From the NCBI GenBank assembly GCA_963677475.2, contig CAXXQD010000010.1, forward strand, positions 114,247 through 178,246: a stretch of 64,000 nucleotides of DNA. Direction: 5' to 3'. A program made the translations under genes and the position numbers. The stretch is from Prolixibacteraceae bacterium (GTDB lineage: Bacteria; Bacteroidota; Bacteroidia; Bacteroidales; Prolixibacteraceae). The number at the start of each line of letters is the position of its first letter. Position 1 is the stretch's first letter. A model generated the notes under the pieces. That model was not told the DNA's origin. It was given only the letters and a program-made list of their open reading frames with translations, and searched no databases. This document shows positions 7,625-17,440 of the stretch, one piece after another.

Positions 7625-10600
7625 ATGAATAAATTCACATATATATTTAAGAGTTTAATCCATTATAAAAAGGCAAACCTTTTAATTGCCCTGGGGGTTG
7701 CCATTAGTGCAGCGGTTATTACAGGCGGACTAATTATTGGAGATTCGATTACCCACAGCCTTGAACTGACGACCAACTATCGGCTGGGCAAAACAACTCA
7801 CATCCTTACTTCAACCGACAGGTATTTTAGGCAGCAATTAGCAACCGATATGTCAAAAACTATGGACGTAAGTCCGGTTATGATTTCTGAAGGTTTGGCA
7901 GTTTCGAGAGGCGGCGAAAAAAGGGCAAATCGCGCTCAAATTATAGGCATTGATAGTACTTTTTATAAAATTTCATCTACTGATTTGTATTCCGGCCTTA
8001 AAAGAAATGAAATAATCATCAGCCAAAACCTTGCAGAAAAACTGGAAGTCGGGGCTGGCGATAATATCCTCGTCCGTATTAATAAAGCATCGTTAATTCC
8101 CAAGAATGCCCCCTTTGTTTCAGGAGATGAAACCAGCATTAGTTATAGGGCAACAATTAAGTCTATTGCCGGAAAAGATGAGCTCGGAAGGTTTTCCTTA
8201 AAGAATTCACAAACAGCTCCATACAACCTGTTTATGGATTTGCAACGACTGAATGAACTCATGGAATTTAAGTCGAAAGCAAACAGGTTGCTGATTAATA
8301 GTGAATTATCGGAAAACGAATTGTTTACTGAACTAAAAGAATACTGGCAAGCCGAAGATGCGAATTTGGGTTTTAGAAAAATTGATAAAACCGGGGAATT
8401 TGAAATATATTCGGAACGGGTATTTATTGAGGACAATATTAGCCGCGAATTGAAAAAACTAAAGGGAGCAAACCCAATACTCACATATTTTACCAATTCA
8501 ATTTCAACCATTCAACATAAGTCGGTTGCCACGCCTTACTCATTTGTTTCAACTTTGCCTGATTCGCTGTTAAACCCTGACGAAATAATTCTTAATCAAT
8601 GGACTGCAGAGGATATTACAGCCAAAATTGGAGATTCCATTCAACTTAAATATTTCACCATTGGCCCCTTAAGGCAATTAAAGGTTGATTCTGCCAATTT
8701 CCGTGTGAAACGCATAGTCTCAATGAACAGTGAATTTGCAGATCCTTCATTAATGCCTAATTTGCTTGGCATGTCGGATGCCGGCGACTGTGGCGACTGG
8801 GAAGCCGGAATACCTATTGACCTTGAAAGCATCCGCGATAAAGATGAAGACTATTGGGATCTTTACAAAGGGACCCCAAAAGCTTTTTTGGCACGTTCGA
8901 CAGCAAGTAAATTGTGGGCAAACCGATTTGGCAGCACGACGTCTGTAAGGTTTGACGAGAACTCGCTATCGGAAGATAAATTTAGGGCATTCTTCAAAGA
9001 AAATATCTTTCCTGAAAGCCTGGGTTTTTATATTGAGCCAGTTAAAGAAAAAGGTATATATGCTGCACAAAATGGGGTAGATTTTAGCCAGCTATTTATT
9101 GGTTTGAGCTTCTTTATCCTGGTGGCTGCTGTTCTTTTATCTATGTTGCTTTATTTGCTCCACCTCGAAAACCGATATACGCAAATTGGTACCCTAAGTA
9201 CACTTGGTTTTAAGGAAAAACAGATAAAAACCATTTTCCTGACCGAAGCTTTGATGGTTTCAATGGTAGGATCTATAATAGGTTTATTTGCAGCGATATT
9301 CTATACAAAGATGGTTTTCAAAGCCTTAAATGGCCTTTGGTTTGATATCGTAAGAACTAATGTATTGGAAATTATGGTCTTGCCAAAAACCTTGATTATA
9401 GGCTTTATTATCAGTACACTGGTTAGCGGAATTGTAATTCTTTTTGCCATTCGTAAAAAGCTTAAAATGCAGACCTCCGAGTTGCAGAGGAAAATATCCA
9501 AGCATGAAAAAAGGGGATTAAAAATCCTAAAACGCTTATCATCAGTACTATTATTGGTTGGTTCAATTTTCATTATTGCATGGCAACTGAATGCAGGCGA
9601 AACACAAAACCCGGGCATGTTTTTTATGGCAGGCGGACTTTTACTCATTTCATTGCTTTTGTTTTCGGATTTAATTATTCGGAATGAAACAATTAATACA
9701 GCAACTATTAAAAGCATCAACCTTGTCAGGAAAAATATAGGAAGCAATAAAAATCGGTCACTCACAATTATCCTTCTTTTTGCTTTTGGAACATTTCTGG
9801 TGGTTTCCACTGGTTCAAATAAACAGGACTTATTTGCCAATGCAAACGATAAAACAACAGGAACCGGAGGGTTTAAATATTTTGCTGAAACAACGGTACC
9901 GGTTTTATTTGATCTCAATAACCATGACTTGAGACAAAAAGAAGGATTAACGAATCAGTTTAATGCAATTCAGTTTAGAAAAGTTGAAGGTGATGATGCC
10001 AGTTGCCTAAACCTGAATAGGATTAGCAATCCTGCAATCCTTGGTGTCAATACTGATGAATTAAATGAGCGTTTTAGTTTTGTCGCCAAAACAGAATTGT
10101 TAAACGCTGAAAATCCCTGGGAATCCTTGCAAAAAGACCTTGGGGATGTAGTCCCAGCAATTGCTGACCAAACCGTTATTCAATGGGGGCTTGGCTTAAA
10201 AGTGGGGGATACATTAAGCTACCAAAATGAAACAGGTGACACATTAAAGCTTAAACTAATTGGCGGACTGGCACCTTCTATATTCCAGGGCTATGTAATT
10301 ATCGACAATCAACAATACCTAAATAATTATCCTTCCAGCAGCGGATCATCGGTATTTTTAATTGATGTGGATGAAAATCAGAAACAAGAAGTTGCCGAAT
10401 CCCTTGATTATATGTTCAGGGACTATGGATGGGAAGCGATTTCAGCACCACAGCGCCTTGCCGCGTTTTATTCGATCACGAATACCTATTTGTCAATTTT
10501 CCTTGCCCTGGGGGCTTTAGGATTAATAATAGGAACAATTGGACTGGCTGTAGTACTTGCAAGAAGTATTTTAGAACGAAAAAGTGAAATCGCGCTGCTT

Positions 10601-10867
10601 CAGGTTGTTGGATTTACAAAAAATAAAATATTTATGCTGGTGGTTAAAGAATACAGCATCCTTTTATTTGCCGGGGTTATCATAGGACTAATTACAGCAG
10701 TTTTTGCCACATTGCCTTCCATTTTATCTCCGAATACCGATATTTCAATGGGCACAATTATATTAGTTGTGGGAATAATAATTATTAACGGATTGTTTTG
10801 GATTTTCCTTCTTTCGGCAATATCCTTAATTAGCAAGCCCTTGATAGGTTCACTAAGAAGCGAATAA
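7625..10867 (+). CDS. Large ABC transporter permease with two FtsX-like modules (1080 aa)
   Basis: Two TM clusters separated by large extracytoplasmic domains. Directly follows the ATPase gene. Confidence 0.8.
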   Translation: MNKFTYIFKSLIHYKKANLLIALGVAISAAVITGGLIIGDSITHSLELTTNYRLGKTTHILTSTDRYFRQQLATDMSKTMDVSPVMISEGLAVSRGGEKRANRAQIIGIDSTFYKISSTDLYSGLKRNEIIISQNLAEKLEVGAGDNILVRINKASLIPKNAPFVSGDETSISYRATIKSIAGKDELGRFSLKNSQTAPYNLFMDLQRLNELMEFKSKANRLLINSELSENELFTELKEYWQAEDANLGFRKIDKTGEFEIYSERVFIEDNISRELKKLKGANPILTYFTNSISTIQHKSVATPYSFVSTLPDSLLNPDEIILNQWTAEDITAKIGDSIQLKYFTIGPLRQLKVDSANFRVKRIVSMNSEFADPSLMPNLLGMSDAGDCGDWEAGIPIDLESIRDKDEDYWDLYKGTPKAFLARSTASKLWANRFGSTTSVRFDENSLSEDKFRAFFKENIFPESLGFYIEPVKEKGIYAAQNGVDFSQLFIGLSFFILVAAVLLSMLLYLLHLENRYTQIGTLSTLGFKEKQIKTIFLTEALMVSMVGSIIGLFAAIFYTKMVFKALNGLWFDIVRTNVLEIMVLPKTLIIGFIISTLVSGIVILFAIRKKLKMQTSELQRKISKHEKRGLKILKRLSSVLLLVGSIFIIAWQLNAGETQNPGMFFMAGGLLLISLLLFSDLIIRNETINTATIKSINLVRKNIGSNKNRSLTIILLFAFGTFLVVSTGSNKQDLFANANDKTTGTGGFKYFAETTVPVLFDLNNHDLRQKEGLTNQFNAIQFRKVEGDDASCLNLNRISNPAILGVNTDELNERFSFVAKTELLNAENPWESLQKDLGDVVPAIADQTVIQWGLGLKVGDTLSYQNETGDTLKLKLIGGLAPSIFQGYVIIDNQQYLNNYPSSSGSSVFLIDVDENQKQEVAESLDYMFRDYGWEAISAPQRLAAFYSITNTYLSIFLALGALGLIIGTIGLAVVLARSILERKSEIALLQVVGFTKNKIFMLVVKEYSILLFAGVIIGLITAVFATLPSILSPNTDISMGTIILVVGIIIINGLFWIFLLSAISLISKPLIGSLRSE

Positions 10868-11272
10868 TCAGATCTCTGTAAATTGAAGAAACTTATCCAA
10901 CGATATAGGCATATTTAGCAGACTATACGCTTTTTCCATGGTAAAACAATAATCCCTGGTACGTTTTAATGCATTGAAAAATATTTTTGTATAAACAGTT
11001 GCCATGGGCTCACTCAATAGATAAATGCCCATTTTCTGATTATCTTTTTTGCTGTATTCATACACCAATTTTATCATTTTATGCAATTGGTTAAGTTCAA
11101 AATCAAACTTAACTTCCCTTAAATCAGATAACATATAATGAACTGAATCGAAATTTTCATCGTCCCGCACTTGTTTGGCAAAATTATAAAGGCTGTCAAA
11201 TGAGTGGAATCCAGTAGCTGCTCTGGCGAACCCAAAATTATATTCAGGATATATCCGATACTTGTTTTTCAT
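10868..11272 (-). CDS. Hypothetical protein (134 aa)
   Basis: Clean ORF convergent with the permease gene, with stop codons abutting. No recognisable motif. Confidence 0.5.
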   Translation of the reverse strand: MKNKYRIYPEYNFGFARAATGFHSFDSLYNFAKQVRDDENFDSVHYMLSDLREVKFDFELNQLHKMIKLVYEYSKKDNQKMGIYLLSEPMATVYTKIFFNALKRTRDYCFTMEKAYSLLNMPISLDKFLQFTEI

Positions 11273-11460
11273 GGTTAATCATCCTACTATGTGTACTAAT
11301 GGGGCAACAATAAAACATTCGTTTCTAGCACTATAACGAACTTTTTTGAATTTTGTTCGGATTGAGTTGAAAATTTAAATATGGATTATGTTTTATTTTA
11401 TTGGTTCAAATTAATTCGCAATTGAATCATTATTGTAATAAGTTGTTAACTTTGCCAAAC

Positions 11461-11641
11461 GAAAATGGTTCATTTCAAATTATTGAACAGGGAATCCAGT
11501 GATCCCGATACTAATCGGGAAAGTCTGGAGCTGTACCCGCAGCTGTAAGCTTTGATATCGGCAGCAAATATACCACTGTCCTATAAATTAGGATGGGAAG
11601 GTTGTTTCCGAAATAAGCGAGCCAGAAGACCTGCCATTTTC
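11461..11641 (+). promoter_or_regulatory. Cobalamin (B12) riboswitch
   Basis: P1 gaaaatgg...ccattttc. Core gggaa..cagtga...ctggagctgtacccgcagctgtaagc. ccactg...gggaagg. B12 box agccagaagacctgcc. Boundaries approximate. Confidence 0.85.
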
Positions 11642-11719
11642 ATGTACACTTTCGGGAATAAAAGGGAGGGCACAATGCCTGGAATTTTATTTCCTCATGT
11701 TTAATTAAAAAACTGGGGA

Positions 11720-14098
11720 ATGAACAGATTAACATTTTTACTTGCACTTTTCTGTGTGGTTTTATCCGCACATTCGCAGGATCTTGGTTTTGAAGTGATT
11801 GAGTATAAACCAGCTCCTGGTCAGCACATCAACCTTGAAAATATTGGGACCCCGCAAGCAGCTCAAAATATTGTAGCCGAAAAAAGAAATCTGGTTTCGT
11901 TGGGTAGTTTTGGTGGCTATTTAGTATTAAAGTTTAAAAAAGCTTGTGAAAACCATCCTAACAATCCGTATGGGGTTGATTTTTCGGTTTTTGGGAATTC
12001 ATTTGAAGGTTCATCCGAACCCGGAATTGTTTATGTGATGCAGGACGCCAATAATAATGGGTTGCCTGATGATATTTGGTATGAAATAGCTGGATCAGAC
12101 TACTATAATCCAACAAGCACAAAGAATTATCGTGTTAACTATAAAAACCCGCACGGTAATTTTAATATTCCGTGGAATGACAATCAGGGAAATGAAGGGG
12201 AAGTAATTGCCAATTCATTCAATACACAGGAATATTATCCTGATCAACAGCTATTTACCGATTACCCCCAGGATTCTATTGCGTTTGAAGGGACAAAACT
12301 GCAATCAAGCTATTACGAATCCAGCAATGTTCAAATTGAATTGGAACCACTGGCATTTGGTTATGCCGATAACCTTCCGACAAATTATTACGCCTCTCAT
12401 AGTATTCCGGATAATCCATATACTCTTAATGTTATGGAAGGCGGGGGCGGAAATGCAATCGATATATCATGGGCTGTTAATGAAAACGGCAATTATGTGC
12501 ATCTTGATTCCATCAACTTTGTAAAAATAGTATCTGCAAATTTGCAGGATGCCGGTATTATTGGAGAACTTTCATCCGATGTTACATTTATTAGTGACGT
12601 GCAAGAAAATGAAAACCTCACTGGAGATCAGTCGGTTGTGGTAATTTACAACCATGCACCGGAAGTAATAATTGGGGATTCGGTATTAATTGCAGGGAAT
12701 CATTTCGAAATGGGAAAACCAAGTGGAAAAGATCTTAGTTACAAAGTTGATTCTGAAATTGGAGTATTTACCGATGGAAATTTTATAAAATCATTGGTTG
12801 GAGGAAATGTAACAATTAAGGCAGAACTTCAAGAAGATACAGATGAGTTCAATGTTAGTTCTGTGCTTTTCCGGGAACCAACAAGCATTCAATTAAATAC
12901 TGATTTTAGTGCATTTTATACTGGCGACACACTTGCACTTGATGCAGTTGTGCTAGACCAAAACGAGGTTGAGATAAGAAATTTAAGTACTTTGTATGTA
13001 ACGCCTTTAGCCACTTCAACTCAACTATTAAATGAAGGGAAAAACAATTCATTGGTTGCCATAAATCCTGGAACAGATACATTAGTAATTAGTTGTGTAA
13101 AATTCCCGGATGTACAATTAAAAATCCCGATTGTTGTGCAGGAAACGGAAAACCTTGCAAATGTTTACATTTCTATAAAAACAGAACAAGAAAATATATT
13201 GCCGTTACAAAAAATCAAAGTTCCCGTATCTGATTTAAACAAATATTTGGAAGATATACAGAACGATTACTCAGCATTTGAACAACCCACCATTGCCCAC
13301 GCTATTTGCAAAGGTTTAGAAAAAGCTGGAACTGCATTTTCATTGAAAGATGATGATAAAGCAAACGGGCAATTATACCTATATTCCGTTGAAAAGGAAG
13401 GGTTTTACACCTATGGATGGGGAGGAAAAACAGATCCATCGGCTTTTGCAAGAGCCTGGATTGTAAGGTTAAATGGCAACTCACACATTCGTGGATTTGA
13501 TAAAACTACCATAAAATCTGGCGACACAATCATGGTGTATCACGTTTCTAATCTTTTAACGGAATGGGAATTAACAACATTATTTTCATCATCTGATACT
13601 GTAATTCTTGGGAATTCTGCGACAATCACAACAAAAAAGGCTATATGTAGTTACCAAAACAATTCAATAACGGAAAACGAACAAATTCCGGTTCAAAACA
13701 GGGAAGTTACATTTAAGGGAACCTCCATTGACCAATCACTTTTCACCAATGTGGATGGAGAAATAGAATACACATTTAATGAAGCGGGTAGCACATTTAT
13801 AAGTTCTGGAAATGATGCACTTAACGTATTTGTGGATATCGAAACAGGAACAAATTTGATACCCGAAGAACGTTTAAAGTTATATCCGAACCCTGCAAAC
13901 GATTTTATTTCCATTCGTGGGGACTCCAATACATTGCAGAAAATAGAAATTTATTCAGCCAGTGGAATCCTTGAAAAAACACTATTAGACCAGAGAATGG
14001 GTGAGAAAATTGATATATCTGAGCTTTCTGTAGGTATTTACATGGTGAAAGTTGTAACCAAACATTCATCCCAAAGCTTTAAAATCTTCAAAAATTGA
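11720..14098 (+). CDS. Riboswitch-controlled surface protein with a DUF4430/transcobalamin-beta-like segment and T9SS C-terminal sorting domain
   Basis: Signal peptide. AWIVRLNGNSHIRGFDKTTIKSGDTIMVYH resembles the DUF4430 signature. C-terminal LYPNPANDFISI...GIYMVKVV is a Por secretion tail. Confidence 0.75.
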   Translation: MNRLTFLLALFCVVLSAHSQDLGFEVIEYKPAPGQHINLENIGTPQAAQNIVAEKRNLVSLGSFGGYLVLKFKKACENHPNNPYGVDFSVFGNSFEGSSEPGIVYVMQDANNNGLPDDIWYEIAGSDYYNPTSTKNYRVNYKNPHGNFNIPWNDNQGNEGEVIANSFNTQEYYPDQQLFTDYPQDSIAFEGTKLQSSYYESSNVQIELEPLAFGYADNLPTNYYASHSIPDNPYTLNVMEGGGGNAIDISWAVNENGNYVHLDSINFVKIVSANLQDAGIIGELSSDVTFISDVQENENLTGDQSVVVIYNHAPEVIIGDSVLIAGNHFEMGKPSGKDLSYKVDSEIGVFTDGNFIKSLVGGNVTIKAELQEDTDEFNVSSVLFREPTSIQLNTDFSAFYTGDTLALDAVVLDQNEVEIRNLSTLYVTPLATSTQLLNEGKNNSLVAINPGTDTLVISCVKFPDVQLKIPIVVQETENLANVYISIKTEQENILPLQKIKVPVSDLNKYLEDIQNDYSAFEQPTIAHAICKGLEKAGTAFSLKDDDKANGQLYLYSVEKEGFYTYGWGGKTDPSAFARAWIVRLNGNSHIRGFDKTTIKSGDTIMVYHVSNLLTEWELTTLFSSSDTVILGNSATITTKKAICSYQNNSITENEQIPVQNREVTFKGTSIDQSLFTNVDGEIEYTFNEAGSTFISSGNDALNVFVDIETGTNLIPEERLKLYPNPANDFISIRGDSNTLQKIEIYSASGILEKTLLDQRMGEKIDISELSVGIYMVKVVTKHSSQSFKIFKN

Positions 14099-16056
14099 AG
14101 CAATTAGCATCCATATTAGTTGCTTTAATCGCATTTAATTGTTTCCAACTGAATGGACAATCCATCAAGGATACGGTGCATATTAAGGAGGTTTCTGTTC
14201 TGGCGAAGAAAAAAACGCAGGAATTAGGCATCAACCTTACAAAACCAGACTCCCTTGCGATGAAAAGTACCCAAACTATGGATATTTCCGAGCTGGTTTC
14301 AATATATACCCCAATTTTCATAAAGTCTTACGGACAAGGGGCGACGGCAACTGCCAGCTTTCGGGGAACAGGTGCTTCGCACACTCAGGTAGCCTGGAAT
14401 GGCATGAACCTGAATTCTCCCATGCGCGGAGCAGTCGATTTGTCGCAATTGCCCGTATTTTTTATTGAAGAAGCCACAATTTACCATGGTGGAAGCTCAA
14501 TGCAGCAGGGCAGTGGTGGACTTGGAGGCTCCATAAGTTTACAGAATAAACCAGATTGGAATTCAAAATTGTTATTTTCCGGATTGGTAGAAAAAGCAAG
14601 CTTTCAGACCAATAAATATTTTGTAAATTTTACATATGGCGGCAATTCTTTAATTTCTACCACAAGGGTATTTTACGAAGATTCTGAAAATAATTTTGAT
14701 TTTTATAATTATGGCGTAATTCCAAATAAACCTGACATTCAAAAAAATGCTGCGTATTGGAAATCAGGAGGGTTACAGGAGTTTTACTTCAGAACAAATT
14801 CTGATCAGATTTTTGCACTTAGGTTCTGGCTTCAGGGTGGCGAACGCGAATTGCCCCCATTAATGTCGTACGAAGGTGAAGAACGAGAGGAAACCCAAAG
14901 CGACCGTACTCTAAAAGCCCAGTTTTCATGGAAAAACTACAGGAGCCTTTGGAATCCGGAATTTTTCAGCGGATTAAACCATACCAAACTTGATTATTTC
15001 AGAAACAGCCCCAATTTCGGTTTTGTAATTGCCGATTCAAGAAGTTCGGAAAATAGCTATTTAAACAAATTCTCCGTTAAACATGCTTATTCTAATGGAT
15101 TACTTTTATCCATGGCTGCTAATTTAAATTACCATAAAGTCAAAACTCTAAACAGGGTAAATTTATCTGGTTATGAGGAAGATAGGCTAGAAGGAAGCCT
15201 TTTGTTTAATTTACATTTGAAAACAAAGAACAACTTTGCAGCCGCTTTTTTAATTCGTCCAGAGTTTTATGATAACAATTTTGTATTTCTTACACCAATG
15301 CTTGGAATGGAATGGACTCCCAATAAAGCATCAAAATTCTTGTTTCAAACGAACATTGCACGAAACTTTCATAAACCAAACCTTAACGATTTATACTGGC
15401 TTCCGGGCGGTAACCCCGATTTAAAACCAGAAGATGGAGTAACTGGCGACATGTCGGTTTCATTTCATAAAAACAACCAAAACCTTGAACTATCAAGTAA
15501 AATTTCAGGGTTCATGTCAAAAATTAATAACTGGATTTTATGGCAGCCAGCCAAGAATGGAGCCTATTATTGGGAAGCAGACAATGTAAAGGAAGTATTT
15601 TCGAGGGGCTTAGAATACCAGGGAAACCTGACCGCAGAAGTGGGAGAGGTTTTAGTGAAAATCAATGGAAATTATGCATTTACGCGTTCTTCAAACCTAA
15701 ATGCAAAAAATTCGGTGGATCAATCCAGGGGAAAGCAACTAATTTATATCCCAAAGCATTCGGGCAACTTCTTTTTTAACCTTGCTGCCAAAGGATATTC
15801 TCTTAGGTATGGGATTAATTATACAGGGAAAAGATATACCACATCCAGCAATCAACAAAGTGATTACGAGCAGGTTTTAACATCTTACTGGCTTCATTCT
15901 GTATCGCTCGAAAAAGTATTTAGAAAAAACGAAAGTGAGCTTAGCATCAAGGCAAAAATCAATAATTTGCTGGATACAAACTACCAAAGTATTCTTTGGA
16001 GGGCAATGCCCGGAAGGAATTATTCACTTACCCTCGCTTTTAAAATAGGATCATGA
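14095..16056 (+). CDS. TonB-dependent receptor, BtuB-like
   Basis: Plug-domain motifs (SFRGTGASHTQVAWNGMNLN, IYHGGSSMQQGSGGLGGSISL). C-terminal NLLDTNYQS...GRNYSLTLAFKI beta-barrel end. TTG start overlaps the upstream stop (TTGA). Confidence 0.85.
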   Translation: MKQLASILVALIAFNCFQLNGQSIKDTVHIKEVSVLAKKKTQELGINLTKPDSLAMKSTQTMDISELVSIYTPIFIKSYGQGATATASFRGTGASHTQVAWNGMNLNSPMRGAVDLSQLPVFFIEEATIYHGGSSMQQGSGGLGGSISLQNKPDWNSKLLFSGLVEKASFQTNKYFVNFTYGGNSLISTTRVFYEDSENNFDFYNYGVIPNKPDIQKNAAYWKSGGLQEFYFRTNSDQIFALRFWLQGGERELPPLMSYEGEEREETQSDRTLKAQFSWKNYRSLWNPEFFSGLNHTKLDYFRNSPNFGFVIADSRSSENSYLNKFSVKHAYSNGLLLSMAANLNYHKVKTLNRVNLSGYEEDRLEGSLLFNLHLKTKNNFAAAFLIRPEFYDNNFVFLTPMLGMEWTPNKASKFLFQTNIARNFHKPNLNDLYWLPGGNPDLKPEDGVTGDMSVSFHKNNQNLELSSKISGFMSKINNWILWQPAKNGAYYWEADNVKEVFSRGLEYQGNLTAEVGEVLVKINGNYAFTRSSNLNAKNSVDQSRGKQLIYIPKHSGNFFFNLAAKGYSLRYGINYTGKRYTTSSNQQSDYEQVLTSYWLHSVSLEKVFRKNESELSIKAKINNLLDTNYQSILWRAMPGRNYSLTLAFKIGS

Positions 16057-17120
16057 AACAGACTTGGATATATATTGCTTTTTTATTGGTCCTTGTGTCA
16101 TGCGAAAAGGAGCCTGTAGAAACAGTATATTTCGATTTTCAGGGAAAGAAAGGCATATTTATTACGTGCGAAGGTAATTTTATGTATGGTAATGCATCCC
16201 TTTCATTTTATGATAAAGAAGAGAAAAGGATATATAATCAGGTGTATTTTGCAAGAAACAAAGCACCACTTGGCGACGTTGCCCAATCCATTGTATCATT
16301 CAACAATAGCATTTTTGTCACGGTTAACAATTCAGGTAAAATTGTCGCGATCGATCCTGAAACAGCAGCATTCAAAGGCATAATTGATGGACTTACATCT
16401 CCACGTTATATGCACTTTTTAAGTGAAAACAAAGCTTACGTGAGCGATTTGTATGCCCGTCAAATTGCAATTGTTGATCCGACCAATTATGTACAAACAG
16501 GAAGTATTGATGTGGCAAATGGAAATACGAACTTCCAACTGCATTCGACCGAACAATTTGCCCAGGTTGGGAATTTGGTTTTTGTAACCTGTTGGTCCTA
16601 CGATCAATACATTCTGGTTATCAACTCTGAAACGGATGCTGTGACCGACTCCATAAAAACCCCTTTACAACCGAAAGATATTGTGGTCGATAAGAACAAT
16701 AAATTATGGGTAATGTGCGATGGGAGCTACGAGGCGTCTGTTCTTGGGGCAGAACCCTCGACTTTGCTGAGAATTGATCCGATTACTTTGACAATTGAGC
16801 AAAAATATACCTTTCCGGCAATAAGTGATTCCCCTTCGCAGCTTGTAATCAATTCGCAAAAAGACCAGCTTTATTTTATTTCAGATGGTGTTTATAAAAT
16901 GGAAATTTCAGACAGGTATTTACCTGACAATCCATTAATTGCACCGGGTGAACATCTGTTTTATAGTTTAAAAATTGATCCGGAAAACGATGATATTTAT
17001 GTAGCTGATGCGATCGATTACACGCAATCAGCCATTATATACAGATATAACAAAAGCCTGGAACTAGTTGATTCCTTTTATGTTGGGATCACTCCAGGCG
17101 ACTATTTATTTAAAAATTAA
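16053..17120 (+). CDS. Surface lipoprotein, YncE/DUF5074-like beta-propeller (possible BtuG-like corrinoid-capture protein)
   Basis: Lipobox LVLVSC. Repeated propeller-blade pattern. ATGA overlap with the receptor gene. The BtuG assignment is inference from context. Confidence 0.6.
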   Translation: MKQTWIYIAFLLVLVSCEKEPVETVYFDFQGKKGIFITCEGNFMYGNASLSFYDKEEKRIYNQVYFARNKAPLGDVAQSIVSFNNSIFVTVNNSGKIVAIDPETAAFKGIIDGLTSPRYMHFLSENKAYVSDLYARQIAIVDPTNYVQTGSIDVANGNTNFQLHSTEQFAQVGNLVFVTCWSYDQYILVINSETDAVTDSIKTPLQPKDIVVDKNNKLWVMCDGSYEASVLGAEPSTLLRIDPITLTIEQKYTFPAISDSPSQLVINSQKDQLYFISDGVYKMEISDRYLPDNPLIAPGEHLFYSLKIDPENDDIYVADAIDYTQSAIIYRYNKSLELVDSFYVGITPGDYLFKN

Positions 17121-17139
17121 ACTAATAAGAATAAATGAA

Positions 17140-17330
17140 TGCAAAATGGTTCTCCATCAGGAGTTTAAGGGAATCCAGTGATCCCGATACAAATCGGGAA
17201 AGTCTGGAGCTGTACCCGCAGCTGTAAGCCTTGTTAATTTTGATTGCACCAGCTTGTCACTGTCCCGATAAAAGGGGTGGGAAGGCAGCAATTAAAAGAG
17301 GTAAGCCAGAAGACCTGCCGTTGCAAAATA
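17140..17330 (+). promoter_or_regulatory. Cobalamin (B12) riboswitch, second copy
   Basis: Same core as the first copy (gggaatccagtgatcccgatacaaatcgggaaagtctggagctgtacccgcagctgtaagc), gtcactg...ggtgggaaggc, and B12 box agccagaagacctgcc. Boundaries approximate. Confidence 0.85.
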
Positions 17331-17440
17331 GCAATATGTAAAGCTTTCGGGAGTAAAAGCTTGGGTAGTAGTACCTTATTTGTCCCAATGGTTTTGGTAT
17401 TGTAAAATTTTATGTTCAACTAAAAACAAAAGATTTTACT

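Noticed and set aside
12207-12524. 105-aa alternative-frame ORF inside the 792-aa surface protein gene. Similar cases occur at 15540-15779 and 18123-18323.
   Set aside because: They are same-strand overlapping frames within strongly supported genes, with no independent signals.
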